Virus record (IMG/VR): IMGVR_UViG_3300033066_002238
Location: 4,440 to 68,439 of that record
Origin: a virus
Lineage: Duplodnaviria > Caudoviricetes
Reading direction: 5' to 3' (one strand)
DNA: 64,000 bases
Positions 36,323-46,144 of this stretch are shown in pieces. Below the pieces are notes generated by a model. The model was not told where the DNA came from and searched no databases. It saw only the letters and a list, made by a program, of their open reading frames with translations. The translations under genes and the position numbers were made by a program. Numbering within the stretch: the stretch's first letter is position 1; every line of letters starts with the position of its first letter.

Positions 36323-37789
36323 TTACTGCGCCGCTACGAGGTTGGGGTTCTCGAAGCCCGCCGTGAACGCCACCTGCTGCGCGTAGGCATAGGGCAGCAG
36401 CAGCACCTTGATCGGCAGGACGTTGGTCACGAGGATCTTGGCCTGGCGGTCGACGAGCGACCGGATGCGCACGCAATACTGCGGCACCAGGGCCGCCCGC
36501 AGGCGCGCGCTCATGTCGGCGTCGATCTCGTTGGCCAGCTGCTCGGTGATCGTCCCGTTCGGGTTGATCTCGATCTGGTCTCCGAGCAGCTGCACCCCGA
36601 ACTGCAAGCACAGCGAGGCCGCGTACAGGATGACGCGCACGTTCATCAGGACGCGATAGTCGCTGTTGGCCTCCGAGAGCGTGCCCGGGGAGCGCTTGCT
36701 GGTGCCGGCGCCGACGAAGTAGCCGGTGGCGCCGATGCGGCTCTCCACGGTGAGGAAGCGCGCCGAGGCCAGGCCCGGGGCGACGCGCTCATCGTGGTAG
36801 ATGGCCATCTTGTCCACGGTGCTCTTGACGATGCCCGGGAGCGGCCCGCTCTTGCCGCGGCCGAGGTGCTCCTGCAGCGGCACGGCGCTCGCGCGCGCGG
36901 CCACCGGCCAGGCCAGGCTGCGGCGGTACACGCGCCCGCTCACGGCGCTGGTGATGTTCCCGAAGCCCGCCACCGCGGAGATCTGGCCGTAGGTGCTGAC
37001 GGTAGAGGAGAAGTCGCTGGCGAGGGAGGCCATCCACTGCGCCTCCGACTCGCCGCTGTTCAGGTCGCGCGGCTCGATGAGCGCCCACACGAAGCGCCCG
37101 TCGGAGGCCATGTTGTTGATCGCGGTCTGCACGACGGCTGCGACGGAACTGTCCGCCACGCCCAGCACGTGAAAGAACTCCCAGGTGAGCGGGTCGGCGC
37201 GCAGCGCGGCGAGCGCAGTCGCGAGGTCGCCGTTGCTCCAGGTCGGGGCGACCGTCGAGAAGGTGAACTTGTCGCCCACCTTGAAGCCGGTGCCGCCGTT
37301 GGTGAACACGAGGCGCACGCCCTGCAGGGCCACGAAGCCCGTGTAGACACCGCCGGTCGGGATGGCGATCTCCTCGGTGTAGGAGATGCCGTTGTCAAAG
37401 CTCGCCTTGAAGGCGAGCGTGGTGCCCGCCACCAGGCCCGCGCGGGTGATGATGCAGATGCAGGAGAAGGCGTCCAGAGGGACGCTGCCCGTGAGCGCCA
37501 GGGCGCCATCGCTGCCCGCCTGCAGGGTTGGCGTCACCGCGCCCGCGGTGCCCGCGGTGGTGGTGTTCACCTTGAGGCCGTACACGACGCCCTTGCCGTT
37601 GGCGAGGTCGAAGGCGCTCGACTCGACGAGCGGGCCGCTGGTGAAGGTGCTGACGGCCTGCTGGCCATCGGTGAGCGGCGTGAGCTCGCCGACGGTGCCG
37701 CTTGCGCACACACCAACCTTGGCGTGACCTGCGGGCGCACCGGAGGAGAAGCCGAGCGCCCCATCCAGGAAGTTGAATGTGACCAACAT
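36323..37789 (-). CDS. Tail sheath protein (DUF2586-like)
   Basis: HAKVGVCASG, WEFFHVLG, RRSLAW..AAR, SDYRVLMNVRV C-terminal sheath features. Confidence 0.85.
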   Translation of the reverse strand: MLVTFNFLDGALGFSSGAPAGHAKVGVCASGTVGELTPLTDGQQAVSTFTSGPLVESSAFDLANGKGVVYGLKVNTTTAGTAGAVTPTLQAGSDGALALTGSVPLDAFSCICIITRAGLVAGTTLAFKASFDNGISYTEEIAIPTGGVYTGFVALQGVRLVFTNGGTGFKVGDKFTFSTVAPTWSNGDLATALAALRADPLTWEFFHVLGVADSSVAAVVQTAINNMASDGRFVWALIEPRDLNSGESEAQWMASLASDFSSTVSTYGQISAVAGFGNITSAVSGRVYRRSLAWPVAARASAVPLQEHLGRGKSGPLPGIVKSTVDKMAIYHDERVAPGLASARFLTVESRIGATGYFVGAGTSKRSPGTLSEANSDYRVLMNVRVILYAASLCLQFGVQLLGDQIEINPNGTITEQLANEIDADMSARLRAALVPQYCVRIRSLVDRQAKILVTNVLPIKVLLLPYAYAQQVAFTAGFENPNLVAAQ

Positions 37790-37795
37790 GGGCGG

Positions 37796-38083
37796 TTAGC
37801 CTTCCTTCTTGCACAGCGAGAGCGCGTGCTTGTGGGGGTCGTGGTTTTTCGCCGCCTGCAGCCCCTCGTCAAACTCACCCTCGGTGACCTGCTGGCCGAG
37901 CGGCCAGTTGCAGATCGCCCGGGTGCGCGCGACGGTGTACCACAGGCGCAGATCCTGCTGCGCGGGGTCATTTTTCTCTGGGAGGCCGCTCTTCCCGGCG
38001 AGCTCGCCGAGCTTGCGCTCCAGCCAGAACTCGATCGGCTTCTTGGTGTTCTCGGTGATCCGCTCAGCGTCTGCCATGGGCAT
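37796..38083 (-). CDS. Small conserved-type pre-sheath protein
   Basis: Position; W..GQQVTE.EFD..L. Confidence 0.65.
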   Translation of the reverse strand: MPMADAERITENTKKPIEFWLERKLGELAGKSGLPEKNDPAQQDLRLWYTVARTRAICNWPLGQQVTEGEFDEGLQAAKNHDPHKHALSLCKKEG

Positions 38084-38085
38084 CC

Positions 38086-38742
38086 TCACGAAGTGGGTGG
38101 CGTCTCGATCTCGTGGGTGGTCTCGATGCCTCGCACCACCGTGAGTCCCTGCTCGGGCCTGAGCAGCGCCAGGTCTACTCGAAAGGGTAACATGAAGCCG
38201 TAAGAGCGGATGGTCGCGCCCGGCACCTCCGTCCACCGCCCGGTCTCCAGGTGGATCACGCCATGCCAGTGCGCATGCAGCGCCCACAGGAGCGAGACCA
38301 GGAGCCGCTCGGTGCCACGCACGCTCTTGCGACGCGGGTTGCTCTCCTTTTGGTCAAGGCTCCCGAGCAGGTGCGCGGTGACCTGGGTGCCTGCCTTGCG
38401 GAAGGCCTTGGGCTGCTGGCGCTGCGGCCGGAGCGCGGCACCGCGCAGGCGCGGGCGCGGCGTGCGCCGCTCCACCTTGCGGGTGAGGTTCACATCGCCG
38501 AGCGTCCAGATGATGACCGGGGGATCCTGGTGGCCCTCCCGGTACTCCTCGCCCATGAGGCAGCGCAGGTTGATGCCGTCCTGGGTGGGCGCCCGAGGCA
38601 CCGCTGGCACCGGCTCACCGGGCACGCCGTGCACGGGGTAGGCAGGGTTTTGGAGGTAGTGACGGGTCTCCGCCTCCAGTTCATCCAGCACGTCCAGGAT
38701 GCTCGCGATGGGGCGGTGGAAGTTGTCGATGACGGGCGGCAT
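38086..38742 (-). CDS. Tail terminator/completion protein (putative)
   Basis: Position in neck-tail order. Confidence 0.55.
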   Translation of the reverse strand: MPPVIDNFHRPIASILDVLDELEAETRHYLQNPAYPVHGVPGEPVPAVPRAPTQDGINLRCLMGEEYREGHQDPPVIIWTLGDVNLTRKVERRTPRPRLRGAALRPQRQQPKAFRKAGTQVTAHLLGSLDQKESNPRRKSVRGTERLLVSLLWALHAHWHGVIHLETGRWTEVPGATIRSYGFMLPFRVDLALLRPEQGLTVVRGIETTHEIETPPTS

Positions 38743-38745
38743 GGG

Positions 38746-39150
38746 CTAGCGTCCTGTCTTCATCGCGCGGCGCCACAGCTCCACGGAGATGCGCTTGTAC
38801 TCCTGGCCCCACAGGCCAAGGCCCATCGAGGGGGTGGGCATCATCATGCGGCGCACACGGCCCGGCGCGCGGGCGTTCTGGTGGTAGATAAAAGCGGGGT
38901 GGTCGCAGCGCACGAAGAAGGAGAGGGGGCTGCTCGGCACAGCCTTGAAGGCGCGCTCCAGGCCGGCGCGCTTGTCGAAGGGCATGCCGGTGACAGTAGG
39001 CCCCCAGGCGTTGCCGTAGGGGTCGCGCTGGAGCCAGAACCCCTCGATCGCCATGCGGAGGCTCGCGGCAGGCAGCTGCTGCGCGAGCTGGCGCGGGATG
39101 GATGCGGCGGCGCGCACCTTGGCGGCGATGTTGGCGAAGGGGTTGTTCAT
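38746..39150 (-). CDS. Phage virion morphogenesis (Mu gpG-like) protein
   Basis: F..QRDPYGNAW, YHQ..A, RMMMP motifs. Confidence 0.7.
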   Translation of the reverse strand: MNNPFANIAAKVRAAASIPRQLAQQLPAASLRMAIEGFWLQRDPYGNAWGPTVTGMPFDKRAGLERAFKAVPSSPLSFFVRCDHPAFIYHQNARAPGRVRRMMMPTPSMGLGLWGQEYKRISVELWRRAMKTGR

Positions 39151-40472
39151 GGCCCCCCGCCGTTCTCCGAGCCTTCGAGGATCCCGTGATCGTCGGGGCC
39201 GAGGTACACCGCAGGCACGAACACCTTGGGGCTCGACTCGACGATGAGCGGGTGCAGCTTCTTCTGGCCCACGGCGTCTAGCTTCTGCTCGGCGCGGTGC
39301 GCGGCGGTGATGTAGCTCTTGTCCTCCTTGAGGGAGAGCCCCTTGCGGGTGAACAGGGCCAGGCGCGCGATGTCGCAGACCCACTGCACGATGCTCTGAT
39401 CCCAGTTGAGCAGGGGCCGCGAGTAGCGCTCCGCCAGCATCGTGAGCGCCACGTCGCTCGCCGCCTGCAGCGCTCCCAGGATGTCGCGCGAGGCGGTGGT
39501 CGAGAAGCTGTACACGTCGCCCGCTGCGAAGTTCACCCCGGCCGCAGGGTCGTAGGGGACGAAGTTCAGGCGCAGGCCCGTGTCGACCGGCGTCGAGAGG
39601 GGGATGGGATCGGAGCCGATGGTGAGCGGCGCGCTCGTCCCCCAGGTGCGGAAGCTCTGGACGTCCGGAGCGCCGAAGAAGACCGGGCCGGGGCCGGGGT
39701 CGAAGCTGAGGGTGATGCCGGTGCCCGGGATGTCGAAGGTCCCCCCCGCGGGGATCGCCTGCGGCTGCCCGAAGGCGCCGCCGTTCACGTTGTAGCGCCA
39801 GGCGCCCGAGCCGAGCGTCCCCGCCTGCAGGAAGTGGACATTGACCCGGTAGGGGCGAGTCGGCATGCCGAGCGGCAGCACCAGCCCCGTGCCCTCCCTC
39901 TCGACGAAGGGCACCGTGAACAGGCTCGTCACCACCTTGGCGAGGCCCGTGGTGGTGAAGCTGTGCAGGTCGCCCGCCTCGTAGACCGTGGGGCCGGCGC
40001 CCGCGTGGAAGAAGAGGCGCAGGCCCGTGAGCGGCATCGCGAAGATGAGGCTTTGCGGCACCACGGTGTTCACAGACCACGAGGCGCCGTTGTTCAGGCT
40101 GTAGCGGAACTGCGCGGCGCCGGGGCCGCCGGTTGACATGATCTGGATGAGGCCCTGGTAGGTGCCCGCGGGCGTGCCGTCCAGGGTGATGGTGCCCGTT
40201 GAGGCGCCGACGCGCGTCACCGCCACGGTGCCCATGGTGGCGATGGTGTTGCCGCTCTGCGTGACACGCACGTTCACGCGGTAGCCGTCGTAGGGGAGAT
40301 CGGTCACCTGCAGGAGGCCCTGGCCCGTGCCTGTGTGCGCCACGTCGGAGATCTGGCCTGGATCAAAAGACGCGGCGTTCACCGCGCTTTTGGGCAGGAC
40401 CAGATCCCACAGGTCTTGGGGGGTGGCGAGGAGCTGCGAGTAGAGCTCCTGGGTGGGCTGCAGGCTGGGCAT
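39147..40472 (-). CDS. Head-tail adaptor (DUF1320/Mu gp36-like) split by sheath-like beta domains
   Basis: N-terminal LATPQDL and C-terminal ALQAASD..L..RY..PL..W...CDIA flank about 300 aa of repeated inserts. Confidence 0.7.
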   Translation of the reverse strand: MPSLQPTQELYSQLLATPQDLWDLVLPKSAVNAASFDPGQISDVAHTGTGQGLLQVTDLPYDGYRVNVRVTQSGNTIATMGTVAVTRVGASTGTITLDGTPAGTYQGLIQIMSTGGPGAAQFRYSLNNGASWSVNTVVPQSLIFAMPLTGLRLFFHAGAGPTVYEAGDLHSFTTTGLAKVVTSLFTVPFVEREGTGLVLPLGMPTRPYRVNVHFLQAGTLGSGAWRYNVNGGAFGQPQAIPAGGTFDIPGTGITLSFDPGPGPVFFGAPDVQSFRTWGTSAPLTIGSDPIPLSTPVDTGLRLNFVPYDPAAGVNFAAGDVYSFSTTASRDILGALQAASDVALTMLAERYSRPLLNWDQSIVQWVCDIARLALFTRKGLSLKEDKSYITAAHRAEQKLDAVGQKKLHPLIVESSPKVFVPAVYLGPDDHGILEGSENGGGP

Positions 40473-40505
40473 GCCTCGATCCTAGCAGGCCCAGAGGTCG
40501 GGTGG

Positions 40506-40913
40506 CTACGAGCCCGGGTAGCGCTTGACGAACCAGATGGTGGCGCCAAGGCCGATGAAGCAGATGGAGACGCGCGGGAACTCGGGGGTGATGAGGAGGC
40601 TGAGCCAGGCGCTCGGCGGGAAGACGCGCATGAGCTGCGCCGTGCCATCCGCGGCCGGGGTGTGCGCCGCAAGGTCGGGGGCCGCGGCGCCCTCGGCCAG
40701 GTGGATCATGGTCATCACCATGGTCTCATCGATGGCGACGCTCGGGCTGCGCGTGAAGAAGTCGTAGAGGCCCGGCCGCAGGTTCGCGACGTCGAAGTTG
40801 ATGATGCCCGGCGTCCCCGCGGCCAGCGTCTTGCCGACGCTGTTGCTGTAGGGATTTGGGAAGCTGGCGTCGGCGTCAGCGGCGCTGGCCCACGGGGAGG
40901 AAGAGCCTGCCAT
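40506..40913 (-). CDS. Hypothetical (possibly structural) protein
   Basis: TGATG-coupled ORF. Confidence 0.6.
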   Translation of the reverse strand: MAGSSSPWASAADADASFPNPYSNSVGKTLAAGTPGIINFDVANLRPGLYDFFTRSPSVAIDETMVMTMIHLAEGAAAPDLAAHTPAADGTAQLMRVFPPSAWLSLLITPEFPRVSICFIGLGATIWFVKRYPGS

Positions 40914-41101
40914 CAGAAGGTCCCGTCGATCTTGGATGGCTTGTAGTCGGGATCCTGCTCAGGCTTCTTGTCCTCGGCCTTCTTCTTCGCCGCCGCCTTC
41001 TTGGGGGCGGGCTTGGCGTCGTCAGCGCGGGCTGGCGTCGAGAAGGTGAGAGACGCAGAGCAGGAGAGCAGGAGAGCGGTGGCGAGCAGAGACTTCATCA
41101 T
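40913..41101 (-). CDS. Small secreted Lys-rich protein
   Basis: Signal peptide ending ARA-DD; GGAG RBS. Confidence 0.6.
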   Translation of the reverse strand: MMKSLLATALLLSCSASLTFSTPARADDAKPAPKKAAAKKKAEDKKPEQDPDYKPSKIDGTF

Positions 41102-41164
41102 GGGATCGGCTCCGTTGATTGCTATACACGCGGAAAATAGTGCGACCGCGCAGCCAGGGTCAAC

Positions 41165-41818
41165 TCAAACCACGATCGGCTGCAGCGGCACTCGGTGCGC
41201 GCTCCGCGTGGCTGGCACGTTGTCTCCACCGGCGTACAGGTTCTGGATGAGGTGCATGCCCGCCGCCACCTCCAGCAGGCCGCAGCCGCCCGTGTCCGGG
41301 TCAGTCTCCCAGGTCGGCGCAGTGGACGTGTAGGAGTAGCGCGTGCCACCGTCGTAGACGGAGATGATGAAGCCCTTGCCGACGGGAACGGTGTAAGGCG
41401 TGTCAAACAAAATATCAAAGGGAGTGCCCGCGGTGATCGCTGCAGCCTTGGTGGCCACCGCGACGCCCGCGATCCACAGCTTGGCCGTGTAGGTGCAGTC
41501 CTGCGTGTACCGCAGGCCGCGGATGCCGCCGATGTCGAGCGCCTTGAAGCCAACGTACTTGGCGCCGGTCGTGTAGTCGCCCAGAAAGTCGCCAGGGGAC
41601 AGGCCATAGGACTCGGCCAGGGTGCCGTAGAGCTGCACCGGCGAGAAGAAGACGGCCCCGCCACCGCCCGCCGCCTCGGCCGCCGCCGTCACGAGACCCT
41701 TGGCGTTGATGGTCATGCCCCCGACCTGCGTCAGGGTGCCCGCCGGTGAGGGAGAGAGGTCAGGAAGCGAAGCCCCGGAGCTGGAGCCGCCCCCGCTGTT
41801 CCAGCCCCAGGGCTTCAT
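41165..41818 (-). CDS. Head/tail fibre-like protein with DUF4082-like C-terminal domain
   Basis: GTLTQV..TINAKGLVTA fibre motif; YTTG..F......GLRY...TYTAKLW...FDTPYTV. Confidence 0.55.
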   Translation of the reverse strand: MKPWGWNSGGGSSSGASLPDLSPSPAGTLTQVGGMTINAKGLVTAAAEAAGGGGAVFFSPVQLYGTLAESYGLSPGDFLGDYTTGAKYVGFKALDIGGIRGLRYTQDCTYTAKLWIAGVAVATKAAAITAGTPFDILFDTPYTVPVGKGFIISVYDGGTRYSYTSTAPTWETDPDTGGCGLLEVAAGMHLIQNLYAGGDNVPATRSAHRVPLQPIVV

Positions 41819-41819
41819 G

Positions 41820-42674
41820 CTACTTGCTCCCCAGGAGCTGGTAGACCCGCGTCCCGTTGGGCGCGGTGCCCGGCACGAAGCCGTAGTAGGTGTAATCCAC
41901 GCTCGTCACCGCCTCCACCACGCCGTCCAGGAACTCCACCACCGAGGACAGCTGATCGCGGAAGCCGAGCTTGGTGCCGCGCCCCAGGCTCACCGTGTTG
42001 GCGGTGGCGCCCACGGCGCTGCGCTGCGCCGCGGTGACCGTGGCGAAGATCTTGGCGCCCGCCACCGTGCTGCCCGCGGATGCCGTGATGGTCTCCGTCT
42101 GGGCCACGCCAAACTGATCGGTGCCCGTGATGAGGATGTTGCCGCCGTCGTAGCTTGTCGCGAAGGTCGCGGTGATGTTGCGGGGCACGTCCGGGTTGGT
42201 GAAGGGGCCCGGGAAGGCGACCACCGCGTTGCCCGCCAGGGCCGCGTGCACCACGGCAGCGCTGGCCGCGAGCGGCGCGCCGAGCGCCACCAGCTTGGTG
42301 TCGGCGCTCGCGAAGCTGCCGATGCTGGCGTCGGACAGGTAGCCCGTGAAGGTCCCGACCACGCTCGACACCTGCCACAGCAGGTAGTGGGCGGGCTGCT
42401 CCACGTCGAAGCTGCGGCGCACGTTGCCCTGCACCGCGGCGACCTGGGGGTCCTTGCTGGTTCCGTCCACCGTGAGCACGATGGGGTTGCCGGCGCCGTC
42501 CAGGGCGGGCCACCACTTGGAGCCCGAGCCGTAGACCAGGAGCAGGAAGTTGGCGCGGTCGGTCGTCGACCGCACCTCGGCGATGCCCTTGCGCGAGCTG
42601 ATATAGGTCGCGCCGAGAGCGTTGGGGGTATCCGTCGGCAGGCCCGACGTGGTTGCGATGGTGGCGAGTGACAT
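41820..42674 (-). CDS. Putative capsid decoration/auxiliary protein, paralogue of 20861-21961
   Basis: Directly after capsid gene; shared N-terminal domain. Confidence 0.7.
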   Translation of the reverse strand: MSLATIATTSGLPTDTPNALGATYISSRKGIAEVRSTTDRANFLLLVYGSGSKWWPALDGAGNPIVLTVDGTSKDPQVAAVQGNVRRSFDVEQPAHYLLWQVSSVVGTFTGYLSDASIGSFASADTKLVALGAPLAASAAVVHAALAGNAVVAFPGPFTNPDVPRNITATFATSYDGGNILITGTDQFGVAQTETITASAGSTVAGAKIFATVTAAQRSAVGATANTVSLGRGTKLGFRDQLSSVVEFLDGVVEAVTSVDYTYYGFVPGTAPNGTRVYQLLGSK

Positions 42675-42736
42675 GAGCACCTCTCGGGGCGCCCCTCATC
42701 GAGGAAGGGCGCGGCAGAACGTGGAGACCGCGGCGC

Positions 42737-43690
42737 CTAGTTGCTCTCGAAGCGGGCGATGGCCTGCGCCTGCCCGATGAAGAAGCTCCCGTGCGCCTCG
42801 TAGCTGAAGACCACCTCGTGGGTGTGCGGCATCATGATGCCGTTGTTCGGCGCCTCGGTGGGCGCCTGCACCTCCAGGTGCTCGATCGGCTTCTTCCCAC
42901 GCCGGGTGTCGAGCAGGTACCAGACCCCGGGCTCGTTGGCCAGGTCGTCGGCGATGACCAGCTTCAGCTCGCCCATGAATGGGTTGCTCTCGCTGGCCGC
43001 CGCGAAGGCGCCCACCTTCTCGAAGATGCGGCCGAGCAGGTCGTTGCCGGTGAGGCGCTTGCCCGTCGGCCCGAGGCTCCCAGGCACCAGCAGGATGTTC
43101 GGCATGATGCCGTAGGCATCCTTGCCGTTGGGGGTGAGGTACCCCGCCATCTGCGCGATGCCGAACTCCAGGTTGGCCGCGTCGAGGGGGCGGCCGGTGA
43201 ACAGGTTGCTCCAGGTGTTGAGCGCCGGCTTGTCCTTGTTCACCGGGTGGGTGGTGGAGAACGCCGGCTTGCCGTCGTACCACGTGTACCCGTCGAAGGT
43301 CGCGCCGCTCGTCTTGCCGTTCTGCAGGACGCGCTTCACGCCGTTGTCGAGGTACTTCTTGACGTTCCACCCCATCATCTCGACCTGCTGGGGGAGGATC
43401 TTGTTCAGGTCCACCAGGGTCTTGCGACGGTCGATGCCGACGGCGGTCTGCCACGGCTCGTTGGTGGCGCGGAAGCCGCGCACCGTGGTGCCCTGGATGG
43501 TCTTGGTCTGCAGCCACTTCTCCATCTGGGCCAGCACTTCGACCCAGGTGATCTCCTCTACCTCGGTGGCAGAGGGCGTGGTGGTGACGAGGCCCTGGCT
43601 CCACGTCGGCGCAGCCGTGTACGCCTCCATGTAGCGGGTGCGCAGCGTCGCGAAGAGCAGAGCCAGCTGGCCGGTATTGAGCATGGGCAT
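42737..43690 (-). CDS. Major capsid protein (Mu gpT-like)
   Basis: TTTPSATEVE..W...QMEKW, YDGKPAFSTTHP, MPNILLVP..L, WYLLD..KPI. Confidence 0.9.
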   Translation of the reverse strand: MPMLNTGQLALLFATLRTRYMEAYTAAPTWSQGLVTTTPSATEVEEITWVEVLAQMEKWLQTKTIQGTTVRGFRATNEPWQTAVGIDRRKTLVDLNKILPQQVEMMGWNVKKYLDNGVKRVLQNGKTSGATFDGYTWYDGKPAFSTTHPVNKDKPALNTWSNLFTGRPLDAANLEFGIAQMAGYLTPNGKDAYGIMPNILLVPGSLGPTGKRLTGNDLLGRIFEKVGAFAAASESNPFMGELKLVIADDLANEPGVWYLLDTRRGKKPIEHLEVQAPTEAPNNGIMMPHTHEVVFSYEAHGSFFIGQAQAIARFESN

Positions 43691-43751
43691 GGGTCGTTAG
43701 TCTCCCGGTATCAAAAGGTTGTCAGGTCCCTGGTGCGCCGCCCGAGCCCTA

Positions 43752-44210
43752 CTACAGGCCGAGCCCGCAGGCCACGATCACGTCGCCCGAGCCGTCCTCG
43801 GAGAAGCCGAGGAACTGGCCGATCTTCACGCGGGTGGAAGCCGCGCTGTTGTTGGCCGCGAACTCGTCATCCACGGCGAACACGTCGGCGAAGAGATCGG
43901 CGGCCACCAGGGCGTCAGCGCCCGCGGCGTTGCGCAGGATGAAGACGCCGCGCTGGATCTCGACCTTGGTGTCGCCGTTGGCGGCGCCGCCGAGGGCATC
44001 CTTGGCGCAGATGCCCGCGAAGCGGTACAGGCTCTGGGCGTTGGCGACGGTGAGCGCCTTGACGAGAGAGCCGCTGGAGATCTCCCAGAGGGTGATGCCG
44101 CCGGTGTACAGCTGCACGGTCGCCTTCACGGGGAGCGGCGCGAGCAGCGTCATGTGCGGCGCGGCGGGGGTGCCCTTCTGGTTCAGGGTGCGGCCGGAGG
44201 TGAGAGCCAT
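43752..44210 (-). CDS. Capsid cement/decoration protein
   Basis: MALT start, VKA..LY.G, FAGIC, VFAVDDE; position between protease and capsid. Confidence 0.75.
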   Translation of the reverse strand: MALTSGRTLNQKGTPAAPHMTLLAPLPVKATVQLYTGGITLWEISSGSLVKALTVANAQSLYRFAGICAKDALGGAANGDTKVEIQRGVFILRNAAGADALVAADLFADVFAVDDEFAANNSAASTRVKIGQFLGFSEDGSGDVIVACGLGL

Positions 44211-44255
44211 GGTCGTTCGTCCTTTTCTCGGGGAGCCTTGCCCGCCCGGTCAGTG

Positions 44256-46112
44256 CTACTTGTTCAGGTTGGCCAGGATCGCCGCCGGGGTGGTGCTAAA
44301 GCTCAGGGCCTGATCGAGCACGTCCTGCTCGGAGACGCCCGCGGGGAGCTGCGCCCGCTGCGCGGCGGTCAGCTTGACCGTGCCATCGCCCCCCTCGCTG
44401 CCGCCCTGGCCCGTGGTCTCGGTGCCCTTCTGGGGCTGCGGCTGCAGGTCCTTGGGCACCTCGGCCGGGGTCAGATCCTGGCTGATCTTGAGCGGCGGCG
44501 AGACATCGAGCCAGGCCCGCGCTTCCGCCACGCCGAGCTTCTGCATCATGGGCACCTGCGCCGGCACGATCTTCATCGTGAGCTTGCCGTCGGCCCCGGC
44601 GCGCTTCCCCAGACCCTCCTCGATGATCTCATCGAGCTTCTGCTGGGCGAGCTGCACGCGGGTCTGCCCGAGCGCCTCCAGCTCCTTCACCACGGCCTCG
44701 GCGTCGACCGCGCCGCCGCACAGCTGCCGCGCGGTGGCTAGGATCGGCGCGTCGCGCTGGGTGTTCGAGTGCAGCGCCAGGAGCGACGCGGCCACCTCGC
44801 CGGGGGTGCCCTTGCCGGTGATCTGCTTGGCGGCGGCGAACACGGGGGTGAAGATCTTGAGCTCGCGGGCGCCCGCCACCTCCTCCTTGAGGGTCGGCAG
44901 CGCGGAGAGCACCAGATCCCAGCGCTCCTGGCCGGTGATGGTGGACAGCTGCTCCATCGCGCCGAGCGCGCTCCAGCCCTGCTTGGCGGCCTTGGCGAGC
45001 GCGGTGGCGGCGGCCTTCTGCTCGCCCTCGGGCAGGCGGGACAGGCCCTTCACCGTCTCGTTGATGCGGGACACCTCGGCCTCGCTCGGGGCGGTGGTCT
45101 CCTCGCCCGCCAGGCTCGCGAGCTGCACGCCGTAGTAGGCGAGGCGCTTGGAGGCCTCGCCGCACATCTTGGACAGCTGCGGGAGCTCTCCCTTCTTGCC
45201 CGACTCCTCCATGTACTCCATGAGGCCGAGGCAGAGGCTCATCTCGTCAGCAACGATCCCGATCAGGCACTTGAGGGAGTAGAGCATCCCGTATTGCATC
45301 GTCAGAGTCTCCCGGGCCAGCGTCTCGCGGCCCATGATCACGTGATGAGCCCAGGCAGCCGGGGCCTGTCTCGATGAGAGCGCGGCCCGCGGCGCGGGCG
45401 CAGGTGGGGAAGCGGCAGGAGCAGGCGTCGGCGCTGCCGGGGTGGGTGCAGCGGCAGGGGCGGCGGCGCGGCCCGCGAGCTGGGCGGCGCGCACCTCGCC
45501 ATCCTCCTCCTCCAGCGGCAGCGACAGGAGCAGCGGATCCGCGTCCACGACGGTGTAGGGCACCGAGAGGGAGGCGGCGACCATCGCGGCCTGGCCCTTG
45601 GTGGCGGGCATGCAGGTGACGGCGATGTTCAGGATCTTCAGGATGCGCCCCGTCTTGGGCTCATACTCAAACCAGGGGCTCCAGAAGCGCATCTCGCCGT
45701 CGCGGATCATCTTGTCGCAGCGCGCGCACCAGTTGATGTCGACCGCCCACAGGCCCGTCTCCCGGGCCTGCAGATTGAACCAGCCCGCGGCGATCTTCTC
45801 GTAGCCCGGGATGTCCGGGTTCGCCATGTCGTGGTTGTAGTCAAACACCCCCTTGTGCGAGATGCCCCCGCTCCAGTCCTGCCAGTCGGACAGGACCGCG
45901 GTCATCGACTTCTCATCGCACAGGAAGTTGCCCTTGGTGGTGCGGACCTTCCCGGCGGGGAAGGCGAGGATCTCGGTCGGGGGCACGCGCAGGCTCGCGT
46001 CGGCCTCTCCACCCATCGTCGCGAGCGTGACCAGCTCCCCCAGATCGAGGAGGCAGGCCTTGCCCCGGTCGGGGCCGGGGGGCGGAGCGCTGCGGACGTG
46101 TAGGATCTGCAC
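44256..46112 (-). CDS. Mu gpI-like prohead protease/scaffold
   Basis: P.G..RT.KG.F, FDYNH, AAGW, LWAV.INW, RFWSP.F, NIAVTCMPA; coiled-coil scaffold tail. Confidence 0.85.
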   Translation of the reverse strand: MQILHVRSAPPPGPDRGKACLLDLGELVTLATMGGEADASLRVPPTEILAFPAGKVRTTKGNFLCDEKSMTAVLSDWQDWSGGISHKGVFDYNHDMANPDIPGYEKIAAGWFNLQARETGLWAVDINWCARCDKMIRDGEMRFWSPWFEYEPKTGRILKILNIAVTCMPATKGQAAMVAASLSVPYTVVDADPLLLSLPLEEEDGEVRAAQLAGRAAAPAAAPTPAAPTPAPAASPPAPAPRAALSSRQAPAAWAHHVIMGRETLARETLTMQYGMLYSLKCLIGIVADEMSLCLGLMEYMEESGKKGELPQLSKMCGEASKRLAYYGVQLASLAGEETTAPSEAEVSRINETVKGLSRLPEGEQKAAATALAKAAKQGWSALGAMEQLSTITGQERWDLVLSALPTLKEEVAGARELKIFTPVFAAAKQITGKGTPGEVAASLLALHSNTQRDAPILATARQLCGGAVDAEAVVKELEALGQTRVQLAQQKLDEIIEEGLGKRAGADGKLTMKIVPAQVPMMQKLGVAEARAWLDVSPPLKISQDLTPAEVPKDLQPQPQKGTETTGQGGSEGGDGTVKLTAAQRAQLPAGVSEQDVLDQALSFSTTPAAILANLNK

Positions 46113-46144
46113 GTCCTTATTGTAGCGAGGTCTTCATCCCTGGA

